Source of the DNA: an uncultured Lachnospiraceae bacterium
GTDB lineage: Bacteria > Bacillota > Clostridia > Lachnospirales > Lachnospiraceae
Assembly: GCA_947626715.1 (NCBI GenBank)
Contig: CANQTG010000003.1
Location: 2,707-66,706 of the forward strand
Direction of reading: 5' to 3'
Length of the DNA stretch: 64,000 nucleotides
Position numbers and translations under genes: made by a program. Positions 8,800 to 19,192 of this stretch are shown piece after piece. Within the stretch, counting starts at the first letter, position 1. Every line of letters starts with the position of its first letter. Below the pieces are notes generated by a model. The model was not told where the DNA came from, searched no databases, and saw only the letters and a list, made by a program, of their open reading frames with translations.

Positions 8800-10612
8800 A
8801 TTTATTCGTTTCCTGACTCTGCCTCTGGCTCAGATCCACCAACGCCTGCGTATCTTCGGTGCATTCATGAATCGTCTGCGAAAGGATCGCCATCGTCGCG
8901 CTCGTCTCCTGCGTGGAAGCCGCGTTTTCCTGTACGACGCTGGAGAGATTATTCACGGAATCCGTTACGATACGCTTGAGCGCGTCTAAGGTATTGGTCT
9001 GCTCGCCGATCTCCTGCGCCGCGTCCTCGACAGAGTGGATCTCCTCGTACAGATGGCCGAACGCCTGCCGCGTCTCTTCCAGACATTTCTGCTGTTCCTG
9101 AACGTTCCGCGTCACTTCCTGCATTTTATCGACAGAGCTTGCCACGTTCCCTGTCAGCTCGCGGACAATGCTCTCGATCTCCTGCGCGCTGCTGGAGGAT
9201 TCTTCGGAAAGATTCCGGATCTCTTCCGCCACGACCGCGAAGCCTCTGCCCGCTTCTCCGGCCCGCGCCGCTTCAATGCTCGCGTTTAGCGACAGCAGAT
9301 TGGTCTGCGCCGCCAGCCCCTTGATGATCTCCACCGCCTTGTTGATATCCGCCGCGGATTCGTTATTTTTATTGGTCTGTTCCGATACCACGCCGATCGC
9401 GTCGATCGTCGCCTGCGTGATCTTATTCAGCTTATTGATACTCGACGAAGCGCCCGCGGAATATTCCGTCATGCTCGAAACGGATTCCCGCAGCCGGTTC
9501 ACATCGTTTTTCTCCGTCTCGATCACGTCCCCCAGCTCCACGATCTTGCTGCTGACCGTCTCCGTTTCGCCCGCCTGATTGGTAGCGCCCTGCGCCAGCT
9601 CCTCGATCGCCCGGTTCGCGCTCTGGATCCGGTCCGTGATATCCTCAAATTTCTGATTAAAGTTCTCGCTGCTGCTGTTTAGCTCCCCTTCGATGTTCAC
9701 GACGTTCCCGATCATCGAGGTCAGAGAGCTCTTCACGCGCCCCAGATAACGAGCCATCTCGCCGATCTCATCCTTGCGGCGCAGCAGCTTCTCATCCGTA
9801 TGAAACGCGAGATTGCCGCCGGCCAGCTTTTCCAACGCCTTCTCCACGCTGCCGATATCCCGCACGGTATGGCGGCCAAACAGCGCCGCGACCGTCAAAG
9901 AGACCGCCAGCACGATCACAGAGACCACGATAAAGATCACGATCATCCTGCTTGCCTGCCCGCGGATCGCATCCTCCGCATCCTGCGCCTGCGCCTGCAT
10001 ATCGTCTATGTAATTGCCCGTGGTAACGACCCAGTTCCAAGGGGCGAATTTCTCGGAATACGCCAGCTTGGGCGCTACCGTCGTGCCGTCCGCTTTGGTA
10101 AAGTAAAATTCGTTGTAGCCGCCGCCCGCTTCCGCGGATTTCATGATATTCTGAATGATCTTGACCCCGTTCTGATCCGTCAGGTCATAACGATTATCCC
10201 CCTCCTGCTCCGGCAGGATCGGGTGCATGACCAATGTATAATCCGTATCGTCGATCCACATATATCCCGAACCGTCGTCCCGGTAACGCATTGCCCGCAC
10301 GCCCTCCGCCGCCAGCGCCTTCGCCTCTTCCTCGCTCAAAGCGCCGCTCTGGGAAAGATCGTAATAATACTGCAGAAACGCGATCGCGCTCTGCACCTCG
10401 GACTTGATCTCCGTCCGATATCCCTGCATCATCGCCTCGTTATACTCCGTTGTGGAGGTGTTCATGGAGCGGTTTAAATAATACACGCCCAGCCCTCCTA
10501 CGCACAGCGCAGTAAACGCGATCATCAGAAAAACCATAAGGATCAGCGTCGCCGCAAAACTCTTTGTCTTTTTCACTGCCTGTACCGTATCCTGATCTGC
10601 CATTTGACTCAC
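8789..10612 (-). CDS. Methyl-accepting chemotaxis protein with extracellular Cache domain
   Basis: Two TM segments; Cache-like [13 protein letters not shown]...MHP...W..TTGNY; HAMP; signalling hairpin [31 protein letters not shown]. Confidence 0.93.
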   Translation of the reverse strand: MSQMADQDTVQAVKKTKSFAATLILMVFLMIAFTALCVGGLGVYYLNRSMNTSTTEYNEAMMQGYRTEIKSEVQSAIAFLQYYYDLSQSGALSEEEAKALAAEGVRAMRYRDDGSGYMWIDDTDYTLVMHPILPEQEGDNRYDLTDQNGVKIIQNIMKSAEAGGGYNEFYFTKADGTTVAPKLAYSEKFAPWNWVVTTGNYIDDMQAQAQDAEDAIRGQASRMIVIFIVVSVIVLAVSLTVAALFGRHTVRDIGSVEKALEKLAGGNLAFHTDEKLLRRKDEIGEMARYLGRVKSSLTSMIGNVVNIEGELNSSSENFNQKFEDITDRIQSANRAIEELAQGATNQAGETETVSSKIVELGDVIETEKNDVNRLRESVSSMTEYSAGASSSINKLNKITQATIDAIGVVSEQTNKNNESAADINKAVEIIKGLAAQTNLLSLNASIEAARAGEAGRGFAVVAEEIRNLSEESSSSAQEIESIVRELTGNVASSVDKMQEVTRNVQEQQKCLEETRQAFGHLYEEIHSVEDAAQEIGEQTNTLDALKRIVTDSVNNLSSVVQENAASTQETSATMAILSQTIHECTEDTQALVDLSQRQSQETNKFKL

Positions 10613-10784
10613 CGCTTTCTTTTGTTTTTACTATCTCCCATTATAGGCTTTTCTCCACTAAAGTCAATCAATTCCCTCCCTATTTTCGGTGAAAATGTCT
10701 GTTTTTGGGAAGCCTTTTTATAAAATTTTTGTCGCATTTCCCCTTTTTGCTCCTAAGAGGCCGCCTCTGTAGGATAAAACGGCG

Positions 10785-11780
10785 TCATATCCTGTCGCTG
10801 TAAGGCAGGGATCGTATGTATGTTTCCATCCATGCAAAATCCGGCGCGCCATTCATATCGTTTGGCAGCTTTATCAGGGTTTCTTTCATTTTTTCCAGCG
10901 TCCATTTCCTGCCATATCCGAAACGATACTTATTTGCTTTTATAACTGTGACAAGAAACATCGCGATATACGGATTCATCTTCCAAAAATCTCTGGCATA
11001 TAAAACATTTACGTCGTCGGACGCCCAGAATGGCTCGGATTGATAAAACGCCTCGCCTACGCTGCCATTATAATTAACGGTGATACAGTTTGGCTCCCAA
11101 TAATCCTCCGTTTCTATTTTCTCCCTTACTCCGTTATTTTCACTTATCGCTCCCAAAAAATTAATATCGCCCCTGACCATATCCGCTTTTGTCAGCCGCT
11201 TTCCTTTGACGATCACAAACAGATCGTCCAGCTTAAATTCCTTCCACCCGCTAAAGTCGATCTTTTCTTTTTTTACAGGCAGCTTTGTTCTGACAGGTTG
11301 ATATCGGAGCGAATACATATACTGTCTCATAAACGCCCAGTCTGGATTTCCATCCTGATCTGCCGGCAGCTTTACCATCGTCTGGGAAAGATGTTTCCGG
11401 TATTTTCTTCCAAAAGAATACTTAGGCCGCTCTCTGTCAAGAACCGTCACAAGGAACAGGCCCGTTGCCGGATCCAGATGCTCGTTATACCCGACGGACA
11501 ATGTCGTAGAGCCGATAAAATCCTCTCCGATATAATTGGTATATCCGACCGATCCCTGTCCGTCGCAGATAAAGATAATGCAATTTCCCTTTGTCACAAG
11601 CTGTTCATCGTACATTACCCTCTTCATGACTCCGTTATTCGTTTTCTTCGCGCCAATATAGAGAATATCCGACCCGTCTGTCAATTCCGAAGCATTGCTG
11701 CATTTACAGTTTTCCAGCCTGAAAATACCATCTGGACCGCCTAGCGAAAACCACTTCCACGCCGCGACATCAAGCCTCAT
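10785..11780 (-). CDS. Restriction-modification specificity subunit, BcgIB-like (two TRDs)
   Basis: Internal duplication: W..F.L...F...KLP.D..G.PD(W/F).(F/W)M..Y..SL occurs twice; overlaps the end of the methylase gene. Confidence 0.8.
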   Translation of the reverse strand: MRLDVAAWKWFSLGGPDGIFRLENCKCSNASELTDGSDILYIGAKKTNNGVMKRVMYDEQLVTKGNCIIFICDGQGSVGYTNYIGEDFIGSTTLSVGYNEHLDPATGLFLVTVLDRERPKYSFGRKYRKHLSQTMVKLPADQDGNPDWAFMRQYMYSLRYQPVRTKLPVKKEKIDFSGWKEFKLDDLFVIVKGKRLTKADMVRGDINFLGAISENNGVREKIETEDYWEPNCITVNYNGSVGEAFYQSEPFWASDDVNVLYARDFWKMNPYIAMFLVTVIKANKYRFGYGRKWTLEKMKETLIKLPNDMNGAPDFAWMETYIRSLPYSDRI

Positions 11781-13635
11781 ACACTTTTCCCTCCCTGATC
11801 AGATATGCTAGGTAATCGTTTAATGTCGCCTGAAAATCATCTTGCGTAAGTTTTGTGTAATCCGTCTGCATATATGCCTCGCATAACCATTCGTCTTCGT
11901 AACCAACGCAGTGTCTCGCCGATAATCCGTCAACAACATCCCGGTTCCGGTATAATCTCAGCCATTCTTTTTCAACGCTTTCCCATTTCCCTAAAGCGTC
12001 TATCCTTCCCAGCTTTTTCTTCTTAACAAAGCCGTCCTCCTTGCAATATCCAAAGAATGTCTCCTGCGCGCTGTCATGGGGCGTATGAGCCTCCCAGACC
12101 ATGACGCATACATTCGTTCCGGCCGGGTAAAAGATATCGTCAGGCATGGAAAAAACAGCCTTTAAGGTATGCTTCTTCATCAGACGTTCTCTGATCTCCT
12201 TATATTTGGTGCCAGTCGCACAGCTCATCGGAACTACCACTACGCCAATGCCGCCTGCCGTTAAAATATCCAGCAGATGTTCTACAAATTCCAGTTCCAC
12301 AACATCTTTCTGCGAATAGGGCGGATTGATCAATCCAATATTGATATTTTTCTCCTTCAGCTCCCGAGTGATCTCTTTATTAAAACAGTCGCCCTTATAG
12401 ATGTTTGACTTCCCATCTTTTCTGATAATCATATTGGCAACCGCCAATGTATAAAGCCCGTCGTCAAACTCAACGCCATACAAGCCATATCTGCGGATCT
12501 TTTCAATCTCATCCGGATTTGCGTCTTGAAACATCTTGCTCATGGCGGTCACTAAAAAAGAGCCGGAACCGCAGCATATATCCACGATCCTGCTGTTCTT
12601 ATTTACATTCGCCAGATCGCACATAAATTCCGTTAAATGCTGCGGAGTCAATACGATACCCAGACCGCTTCCGTCTCCGCCTGAATATTTTATAAATTCA
12701 TGATAAAAGACCCCCAGCGCGTCGACCGTACTGTCCGCATAGTCCATCATCGGTTTGATCTTCATTTCCAGCTGCTCAATATACCAAGTAATCGACTTTG
12801 AGTGTCCTAGCGGAATCTCTGCAAATTTGGTATTATCCTGAAGCGTATTGAATACCTGCTTGATATAGCTTACACGGCTGCTCTTAATATCGCTTTCCTC
12901 CAAAACATTTTCGATAGCATTTTGGATATTCTGCATAACTGATTTATAGGACGTTAAGGAAGAATAGCTTTTTGAAAAATCCTCATCGTTCAGCGCGATC
13001 AGAATCCCCGCGATAAATATTGGCTTATGCGCCTCCGTAACCTTTATCTCCCTGAGAGAATTGTGCATATCGATCGCCGTATTTCTGATCTCATCTAAGG
13101 AATATGCCTTTTTCAGCCTATTTCCCTTAATCAGCTCAAGATAATTCTGCGGTTCCAGAATGATATCTCTCGCTTTTTCCAATACCGTATACGTATCCTG
13201 TCCTTTTATCCAGTAGAAAGTATCCACTTTCCTGTTTTCCGCGCTTGTTCCGCTGACGGCCAATGCGATAACGTTGTATTCCTGCTTTAAGAATTTTGCA
13301 TAATACAATACGCCGTCCACCGCATACGCGCTCGGCTTATTATATTTTTCGCTGCAATGCCTTTTCACCGTATTTTTACACTCTACAACAAGGATCGTAT
13401 TTATGTCATCATAAAAGGTAATCACATATTCCGGCCTTGCCTTTCCCCTTTTGCACTGGGAAAAATCCTCCAGCGCACACTCTCTGGGCTTCCCTCCGGC
13501 CTGCTTCAAAAGCCGGTCTATTTTATCAATGTCCGCGACATCACCCTGCGGAAAAACATAACCAAACTTATTTTTTCCGATAACGCACTTCATCTCTTTT
13601 AAAGTCAGACTTTCCGTATACCGCTCAACAGCCAT
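11770..13635 (-). CDS. Fused endonuclease/N6-adenine methyltransferase, BcgIA-like (Type IIB/IIG)
   Basis: N-terminal PE...VECK nuclease motif, motif I DICCGSGSFL, motif IV NPPY, VLTPQHL. Start at ATG 13635 (RBS GGAGGAG). Confidence 0.88.
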   Translation of the reverse strand: MAVERYTESLTLKEMKCVIGKNKFGYVFPQGDVADIDKIDRLLKQAGGKPRECALEDFSQCKRGKARPEYVITFYDDINTILVVECKNTVKRHCSEKYNKPSAYAVDGVLYYAKFLKQEYNVIALAVSGTSAENRKVDTFYWIKGQDTYTVLEKARDIILEPQNYLELIKGNRLKKAYSLDEIRNTAIDMHNSLREIKVTEAHKPIFIAGILIALNDEDFSKSYSSLTSYKSVMQNIQNAIENVLEESDIKSSRVSYIKQVFNTLQDNTKFAEIPLGHSKSITWYIEQLEMKIKPMMDYADSTVDALGVFYHEFIKYSGGDGSGLGIVLTPQHLTEFMCDLANVNKNSRIVDICCGSGSFLVTAMSKMFQDANPDEIEKIRRYGLYGVEFDDGLYTLAVANMIIRKDGKSNIYKGDCFNKEITRELKEKNINIGLINPPYSQKDVVELEFVEHLLDILTAGGIGVVVVPMSCATGTKYKEIRERLMKKHTLKAVFSMPDDIFYPAGTNVCVMVWEAHTPHDSAQETFFGYCKEDGFVKKKKLGRIDALGKWESVEKEWLRLYRNRDVVDGLSARHCVGYEDEWLCEAYMQTDYTKLTQDDFQATLNDYLAYLIREGKVYEA

Positions 13636-13749
13636 GATGTCATCTCCTCCGTAATATCCTGATAATATCATAAAGTTTTGAATATATCCAGCATTTCACG
13701 GGTTCCTCTGAACCTTTCAAAACCAAATCAGAACATTTGTTCTATTCTT

Positions 13750-13777
13750 ATTATACTATCTACTCGATATAAGTCAA
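13750..13777 (-). promoter_or_regulatory. Sigma70-type promoter of the R-M cassette
   Basis: Minus strand TTGACT, 16 bp, TATAAT. Confidence 0.55.
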
Positions 13778-13884
13778 GACCGTATCCCCCTAATTTTTCC
13801 AACAGAAAAAGGCCGCGCCGGCCCACCGTCAAAGATGTCCCGCCGCAGCCTTTCTTCTATTCTCCCCCCCGTATCCTAGTCCCC

Positions 13885-15819
13885 CTACACCAGCTCCTTT
13901 ATCCACACGCACATCTCGCCCATTCCCCGATTGTTCCAATAGGCGTAGGGAACGGCGCGCAGCTCCGTATCCTCCAGCGCGACGGGATGCGTTCCGTACA
14001 GCTCGCCTTCCCTCCAGCCGCTCTGCGTCATCCGCTTTCCGCGCAGCCTAAGCGTCGTGCAGCCTCCAAAGAGCTCCGAGGGCTCCTCGACGATCGCCTC
14101 GTTTGCGTCTACATACAGCGCCGCGAGATTTTTCCCATTATCGATCTCCTCAAGGCAGTATACCAGCGGCCCCTTCATCAGGGCCGCCCTGCCGCAGTCC
14201 GCATGGACCGCCGGATTGGCGCGCACCAATCTGGGCGGGGCCTCAAAGCGCGCCTCCACCCTGCTGCCGTCATGCACAGACAATAGGGCGTAACCCTTCT
14301 CTGTCTCATATTCCGCCCTCTGGCCGTTTGCCGTGACCGTATACCCCTCTGCATAGCCGGGAATGCGCAGGGCCAGCTTTACGTCGCCGCCGCCCACTTG
14401 CCGGATCTCTAACGCAAAGCCGTTTTCATAGGGGAATTTCGTTTCCAGACTGACTGTGACCCTCTGGCCCCCTAGCGTCGTTTTCGTCTGATTGGAAACA
14501 AAGAGATTCACATACAGCCTATCCTCGCTTTTCGCATAGAGGTACTGTCCCAGAGAGGCCAGCGTCCGCGCGATATTGGGCGGGCAGCATGCCACGCCGA
14601 ACCATTTCTGACGCACCGGCTTTACATGCTCTCTGGAGGTGCGGGGCAGGCAGTTCTCCGGCCAGACTTCCAGCGGGTTCACATAGAAAAAGGAACGGCC
14701 GTCCTGCGCGATCCCCGCCAGCACCGTATTATAGAGGGCGCGCTCCACAATGTCCACATAAGAAGCGTCCCTTGTGATATTGGCCATGCGCAGCCCAAAG
14801 AGCGCCAGCCCGATAGAGGCGCAGGATTCTGAATAGTTGCAGTCGTTCGGCAGATCGTAATCCGACGTGAAACGCTCCAGTATCCCCGAAGACCCGATAC
14901 TGCCCGTTATATACATGCGCTTTGTCACCATATTTTCCCACAGACGCACGCAGGCTTCCATCAGCTCCTTATCCTGATATTCATACGCCAGCTCCGCCAT
15001 CGCGCAGTACATGTAGACCGCCCTGACCGCATGTCCCTCCGCCGTCTCCTGCTCTCTGACCGGCAGGTGCGACTGGGAATAGCGCGGATCGTAATCCGCA
15101 AGCTCCGGGAAGATCCCCCGATGTCCCGGCCTTGCCTTTTCCTTTAGAAAATAATTCTCCCCGACGCCCCTTGCGTCGATAAAATATTTCGCCTGTTCCA
15201 GATATTTTTTCTCTCCGGTCGCATGATAGAGCTTTAACAGGCCGATCTCGACCTCCTGATGTCCCGGATAGCCGTGGATCTTTCCCTCCTCCGCTCCAAA
15301 GGTCTCGCAGATCAGATCGGCCAGCCGCAGCGTCACGTCTAGGAATTTGCGTTTTCCCGTCCCCTGATAATAAGCGGCCGCGGCCTCCATCATATGCCCC
15401 GCCGTATACAGCTCATGTCCCTCGCAGAGGTTCTGCCAGCGTCCTTTGGGCTCTTTGATGATAAAATAAGTGTCCAGATACCCGTCCGGCTGCTGCGCGT
15501 CCGCGATCAGGTCTATGACCGCATCCGCCGTCTGCTCCAGCTCCCCGTCCCGCTCGGCGGCCAGAGAAAAGCCTACCGCCTCCAGCCATTTTGCGATATC
15601 CGTATCCTGAAACACCGCGCCGTAAAACTCCCCTTTTTTCCTGCCTGCCGCGATCTTAAAATTCTCAAGACAATGGCTCGGTTCGGCGTCCGGGATCCTG
15701 TCGTTCATCGCATCCCACTGATAGGGAATGATCACGTCCCGCACCAGCCGCACGTATCTGTCCCAGAAAAAATCCCGTATCCTGATCTCCTTGAGATCGA
15801 TCGTTTCCAGTTTCTTCAT
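13885..15819 (-). CDS. Glycoside hydrolase family 127 (beta-L-arabinofuranosidase-like)
   Basis: HELYTAGH, AEGHAVRA, YSESCASIG and ACCPPN (Glu/3-Cys Zn site). The true start is MKKLETIDL at 15819; the ORF-track start lies inside the upstream permease. Confidence 0.92.
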   Translation of the reverse strand: MKKLETIDLKEIRIRDFFWDRYVRLVRDVIIPYQWDAMNDRIPDAEPSHCLENFKIAAGRKKGEFYGAVFQDTDIAKWLEAVGFSLAAERDGELEQTADAVIDLIADAQQPDGYLDTYFIIKEPKGRWQNLCEGHELYTAGHMMEAAAAYYQGTGKRKFLDVTLRLADLICETFGAEEGKIHGYPGHQEVEIGLLKLYHATGEKKYLEQAKYFIDARGVGENYFLKEKARPGHRGIFPELADYDPRYSQSHLPVREQETAEGHAVRAVYMYCAMAELAYEYQDKELMEACVRLWENMVTKRMYITGSIGSSGILERFTSDYDLPNDCNYSESCASIGLALFGLRMANITRDASYVDIVERALYNTVLAGIAQDGRSFFYVNPLEVWPENCLPRTSREHVKPVRQKWFGVACCPPNIARTLASLGQYLYAKSEDRLYVNLFVSNQTKTTLGGQRVTVSLETKFPYENGFALEIRQVGGGDVKLALRIPGYAEGYTVTANGQRAEYETEKGYALLSVHDGSRVEARFEAPPRLVRANPAVHADCGRAALMKGPLVYCLEEIDNGKNLAALYVDANEAIVEEPSELFGGCTTLRLRGKRMTQSGWREGELYGTHPVALEDTELRAVPYAYWNNRGMGEMCVWIKELV

Positions 15820-15872
15820 ACTGCTCCTTTCCCCGCAGCCGCCTCTCCCCGCATACGGCCGCCGTCTTATTC

Positions 15873-16706
15873 CTACGCCTTCACCGCGCCGTTGGTCAGG
15901 CCGCTGACGATATAGCGCTGCATAAAGATAAAGATCAGCACCACCGGCATGATCGCAATGATACCGAACGCCATCGTCGAATTCCATAGAGTCTGGTACT
16001 GCTGCACATAATTATAGATACTTGACGTGATGGGCCGCATATTGGGGTCGGTGATAAAGGTAATGCCGTAGATCAGATCGCCCCACGCATACACGAAGGA
16101 AAATACCGCCGCGACGATGATCCCCGGTCTGGCGATCGGCAGCATGACCTTCACAAAGGACTGCGCGTGGCTGCAGCCGTCGATCACCGCCGCCTCGTCC
16201 AGCTCTTTGGGGATCGAGATAAAATAAGAGCGCAGAATGATGATACTGAACGGGATCCCCAGCGTAGCGTCCGCCAGTATCGGGGCGAGGTACGTATTGA
16301 GCAGATGGATCCTCGCAAACATGATATACAGGGACGTCAGCACCAGCGTCGAGGGCAGCATCTGCGTGATCAGGAAAAACAGGATCAGCGGCTTTTTGGC
16401 CTTAAAGCGAAAGCGCGCCAGTCCGTAGGCCGCCGGGATCGCCAGCACCGTGGAGATCAGCGTCGCCCCCACGGAGATGATCAGGCTGTTCTTAAAGCCC
16501 CTGAGCGTATCGCTGGATACGCTCAGCTGCGCCTGAAACGGCTCTAACGTCAGATCTCTGGGCCAGAGAGGCGTCGGGATCTCAAAGATCTCCGTCTGCG
16601 TTTTTAACGCCGTGACGACCATCCAGTAAAGAGGGAACAAAAAGACGATAAATATCAACAGACCTACAAAAAATAACCCGATATTGTTTTTCTTACTTTT
16701 CATCAC
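15873..16706 (-). CDS. Carbohydrate ABC transporter permease (MalG-like)
   Basis: Six TM segments; EAA motif IPKELDEAAVIDGCS. Confidence 0.93.
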   Translation of the reverse strand: MMKSKKNNIGLFFVGLLIFIVFLFPLYWMVVTALKTQTEIFEIPTPLWPRDLTLEPFQAQLSVSSDTLRGFKNSLIISVGATLISTVLAIPAAYGLARFRFKAKKPLILFFLITQMLPSTLVLTSLYIMFARIHLLNTYLAPILADATLGIPFSIIILRSYFISIPKELDEAAVIDGCSHAQSFVKVMLPIARPGIIVAAVFSFVYAWGDLIYGITFITDPNMRPITSSIYNYVQQYQTLWNSTMAFGIIAIMPVVLIFIFMQRYIVSGLTNGAVKA

Positions 16707-17614
16707 ATGATCTCCTCTTCATCATTGATCAGCTTGATATAGAAGCAGCCGACGACCAGCAGGATCAAAAACAGGATATTGGCGGCCGCCGCGCCCTTGC
16801 TGAACTGAAATTCCTCAAAGGAAAGCCGGTAAGCGTAGGTAGAGACCAGCTCGGTCGAATTGACCGGGCCTCCCTTCGTCATGACCCATACCAGATCGAA
16901 TACCTTAAAGGTATAGACGAAGCCGAGCGTCAGCACCGACATGATCGCGGGACGTATCATCGGTATCGTAATGCGAAAGAGCCGCTGATACCAGTTCGCG
17001 CCGTCTAACGCGCAGCTTTCATAGATCTCCTCCGGTATGGTCGTCAGGCCCGTCGTCAGGAGCATCATATTAAACGGGATCCCGATCCAGATATTGGCGA
17101 CAATGCTCGCCGCCATCGCCGTCCCCGGCTGCAGCAGCCAGTCCACATTTTTATCAATGAGGTGCAGCTGCGTCAAAAACTGATTGACGATCCCGCCGGT
17201 GCTCGCGAACATAAATTTAAACAGCAGCCCCGCTACGGTCACGGGCAGCAGCCACGAGATCATCGCCGCCCCGCGGAAGAAAGCCGCCCCGCGGAATTTT
17301 TTATTAAATAGCAGCGCCAGCCCAAAACCGATGATAAACTGGAAAAAGATCGAGCCCACCGTAAAGATCAGGGTATTGACCACCGATTTTTTCAAAATGG
17401 AATTTTGTCCGGTAAACAGCTCGATATAATTCTGCAGGCCGATAAATTCCTGCTGATCCGGCTTGGCAAAGGTGTATACGTCCACATTTTTTAAAGCCAG
17501 AAGGATATTCTGTATCATGGGATACCCGATGAACACCAGCATATAGATCACCGCCGGGATTGCAAAGCAGATCCCCAGATATGCGCCGCTTTTTCTCTTT
17601 CTTAACCGATTCAT
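16703..17614 (-). CDS. Carbohydrate ABC transporter permease (MalF-like)
   Basis: IPEEIYESCALDGAN, FKVFDLVWVMTKGGP. Confidence 0.93.
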   Translation of the reverse strand: MNRLRKRKSGAYLGICFAIPAVIYMLVFIGYPMIQNILLALKNVDVYTFAKPDQQEFIGLQNYIELFTGQNSILKKSVVNTLIFTVGSIFFQFIIGFGLALLFNKKFRGAAFFRGAAMISWLLPVTVAGLLFKFMFASTGGIVNQFLTQLHLIDKNVDWLLQPGTAMAASIVANIWIGIPFNMMLLTTGLTTIPEEIYESCALDGANWYQRLFRITIPMIRPAIMSVLTLGFVYTFKVFDLVWVMTKGGPVNSTELVSTYAYRLSFEEFQFSKGAAAANILFLILLVVGCFYIKLINDEEEIM

Positions 17615-17640
17615 TTCCCTGCTCCTTTACCTAAAAAGAA

Positions 17641-17681
17641 AACTGCCGCAAAATGAGAAGAAATGATATTTTGCGGCAGTT
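17641..17681. terminator. 14-bp perfect stem-loop between SBP and permease genes (partial terminator or mRNA stabiliser)
   Basis: AACTGCCGCAAAAT ... ATTTTGCGGCAGTT, flanked by A/T runs on both sides. Confidence 0.7.
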
Positions 17682-17692
17682 CTTTTTTCCTG

Positions 17693-19024
17693 TTATTCGA
17701 TCGCGTCTACGGCTGCCTGCGTATCCTTCGCAGCCTGCTCAGGCGTCTTTGCCGAAGTCATGACCTCTTGGAACCCTGTCTGGATCGCGGAAGAATACGT
17801 TGGCCATACTGCGGAAGGCCCGCGCGGGATCGAGGTTTCAAGCTGCTGGATAAACGCCGCTTGGATCGGATCCTCTGTCCAGTACGCATCCTGCGCCGCC
17901 TCAGTCTTAGGAGGGAAGGAGCCGTACTGCTTCATTGCCGCTACCATGACGTCGGTCTGGTTATAATATTCCAGAAAGGCCTTCGCGCCGTCCATATTGT
18001 CCTTTTTGACAGCGCCCATGTTCTCGCCGCCCAAAATGGAGGTCGCCTGCCCGGAATTGGCGTCGCGTTTAGGCAGTACCGTTACGCCGTAATTTAACTC
18101 CGGCGCATTGCTTTCGATACCGGGGATCTGCCACGGGCCGTTTTGCTGCATTGCCAGATTGCCCGCCATAAAGTTATTGTTCACGTCGGACTGCGTCCAG
18201 TTGACGACGTCCTTTGCCCACGAGCCTTCGTTGATCATTTCCTGCATCAGCTTATACGCGTCTACGCCGGATTCGATATCCGTATAGGAGCCGCCCGCCG
18301 TATATAACCACTGTAGGCACTGGAACGTACCCTCATCCGTATTCGTCCCCGCGTTCCCGAAGCCGTATACGCCGTCCTTCGTCAGGGCCTTCGCCATCTC
18401 GCGGAACTCGTCCCAAGTCGTGTTTTCGTCGGGATATTCCAGCCCCGCCGCATCAAACATATCCTTATTGTAGAACAGCGCCGTGCAGTTCGTCGCGAAC
18501 GGGATCCCGTAATGCTTGCCGTCCATCATCGTGGAAGCCATAGGCCCCTCCAGATATTCGTCCCATGCGATATCCGCATCCGAAATATCGCCGAACAGAT
18601 CCATCGCGATAAAAGAAGCCATATCGCAGCCGTCTAAAATGACCAGATCCGGCAGCTCGCCGGAAGCCACGCCCAGCGTGAGCTGTTTCTCATAATCCGC
18701 AAACGGCACATACACGTGGGACGCGGTAAACTGATCCTGCGACGCGTTAAAGCCGTCGATCAGGCTCTGCATCATCTCCTTCTGTGCGTCCGTCTCGAAA
18801 TAATCCCAGATCACGACTTCCTGCTTCTCCCCGCCTGCCGTCTGCGTATCGGCAGCGGCCTGCGTATCTGCGGCAGCCTGCGTATCCGGGGCAGCCGCCG
18901 TATCGGACGCGCCTCCCGCATCCGCCGCGGGCGCGCTCTGGCCGGAGCTGCCGCATCCGGTCAAAACCGACGCGCATGTCAGGATTGCCGCTAGGGACGC
19001 GGCGATCATCTGTTTTCTTTTCAT
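17693..19024 (-). CDS. Sugar ABC transporter substrate-binding lipoprotein
   Basis: Lipobox LTG-C; Ala-rich linker; SBP_bac_1-like fold (YGIPFATNCTALFYNKDMF). Confidence 0.92.
   Translation of the reverse strand: MKRKQMIAASLAAILTCASVLTGCGSSGQSAPAADAGGASDTAAAPDTQAAADTQAAADTQTAGGEKQEVVIWDYFETDAQKEMMQSLIDGFNASQDQFTASHVYVPFADYEKQLTLGVASGELPDLVILDGCDMASFIAMDLFGDISDADIAWDEYLEGPMASTMMDGKHYGIPFATNCTALFYNKDMFDAAGLEYPDENTTWDEFREMAKALTKDGVYGFGNAGTNTDEGTFQCLQWLYTAGGSYTDIESGVDAYKLMQEMINEGSWAKDVVNWTQSDVNNNFMAGNLAMQQNGPWQIPGIESNAPELNYGVTVLPKRDANSGQATSILGGENMGAVKKDNMDGAKAFLEYYNQTDVMVAAMKQYGSFPPKTEAAQDAYWTEDPIQAAFIQQLETSIPRGPSAVWPTYSSAIQTGFQEVMTSAKTPEQAAKDTQAAVDAIE
18842..18905 (-). repeat. 18-bp coding tandem repeat (DTQAAA linker), about 3 copies
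   Basis: ctgcgtatcggcagcggc / ctgcgtatctgcggcagc / ctgcgtatccggggcagc. Confidence 0.75.
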
Positions 19025-19192
19025 GCAAAATACCTCCCTTTCGATTTATCAGTTCCCTGACTGTTTTGATAAATCCATTATAAGAGAGGTATTTTTCTTT
19101 GATAATTCTAATAATTTAAGAAAAGTGGACTCATTTAAAGTCGCCGCTCGGACGCCGCGGCTCTTACTCCTCGTTCAGAGACGCCGTAGTCT

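Noticed and set aside
13678-14286. 202-aa plus-strand ORF
   Set aside because: Antisense to GH127 and the R-M promoter; no RBS or motifs.
15820-15987. N-terminal 56-aa extension of GH127 in the ORF track
   Set aside because: Overlaps the upstream permease; the start at 15819 has its own RBS.
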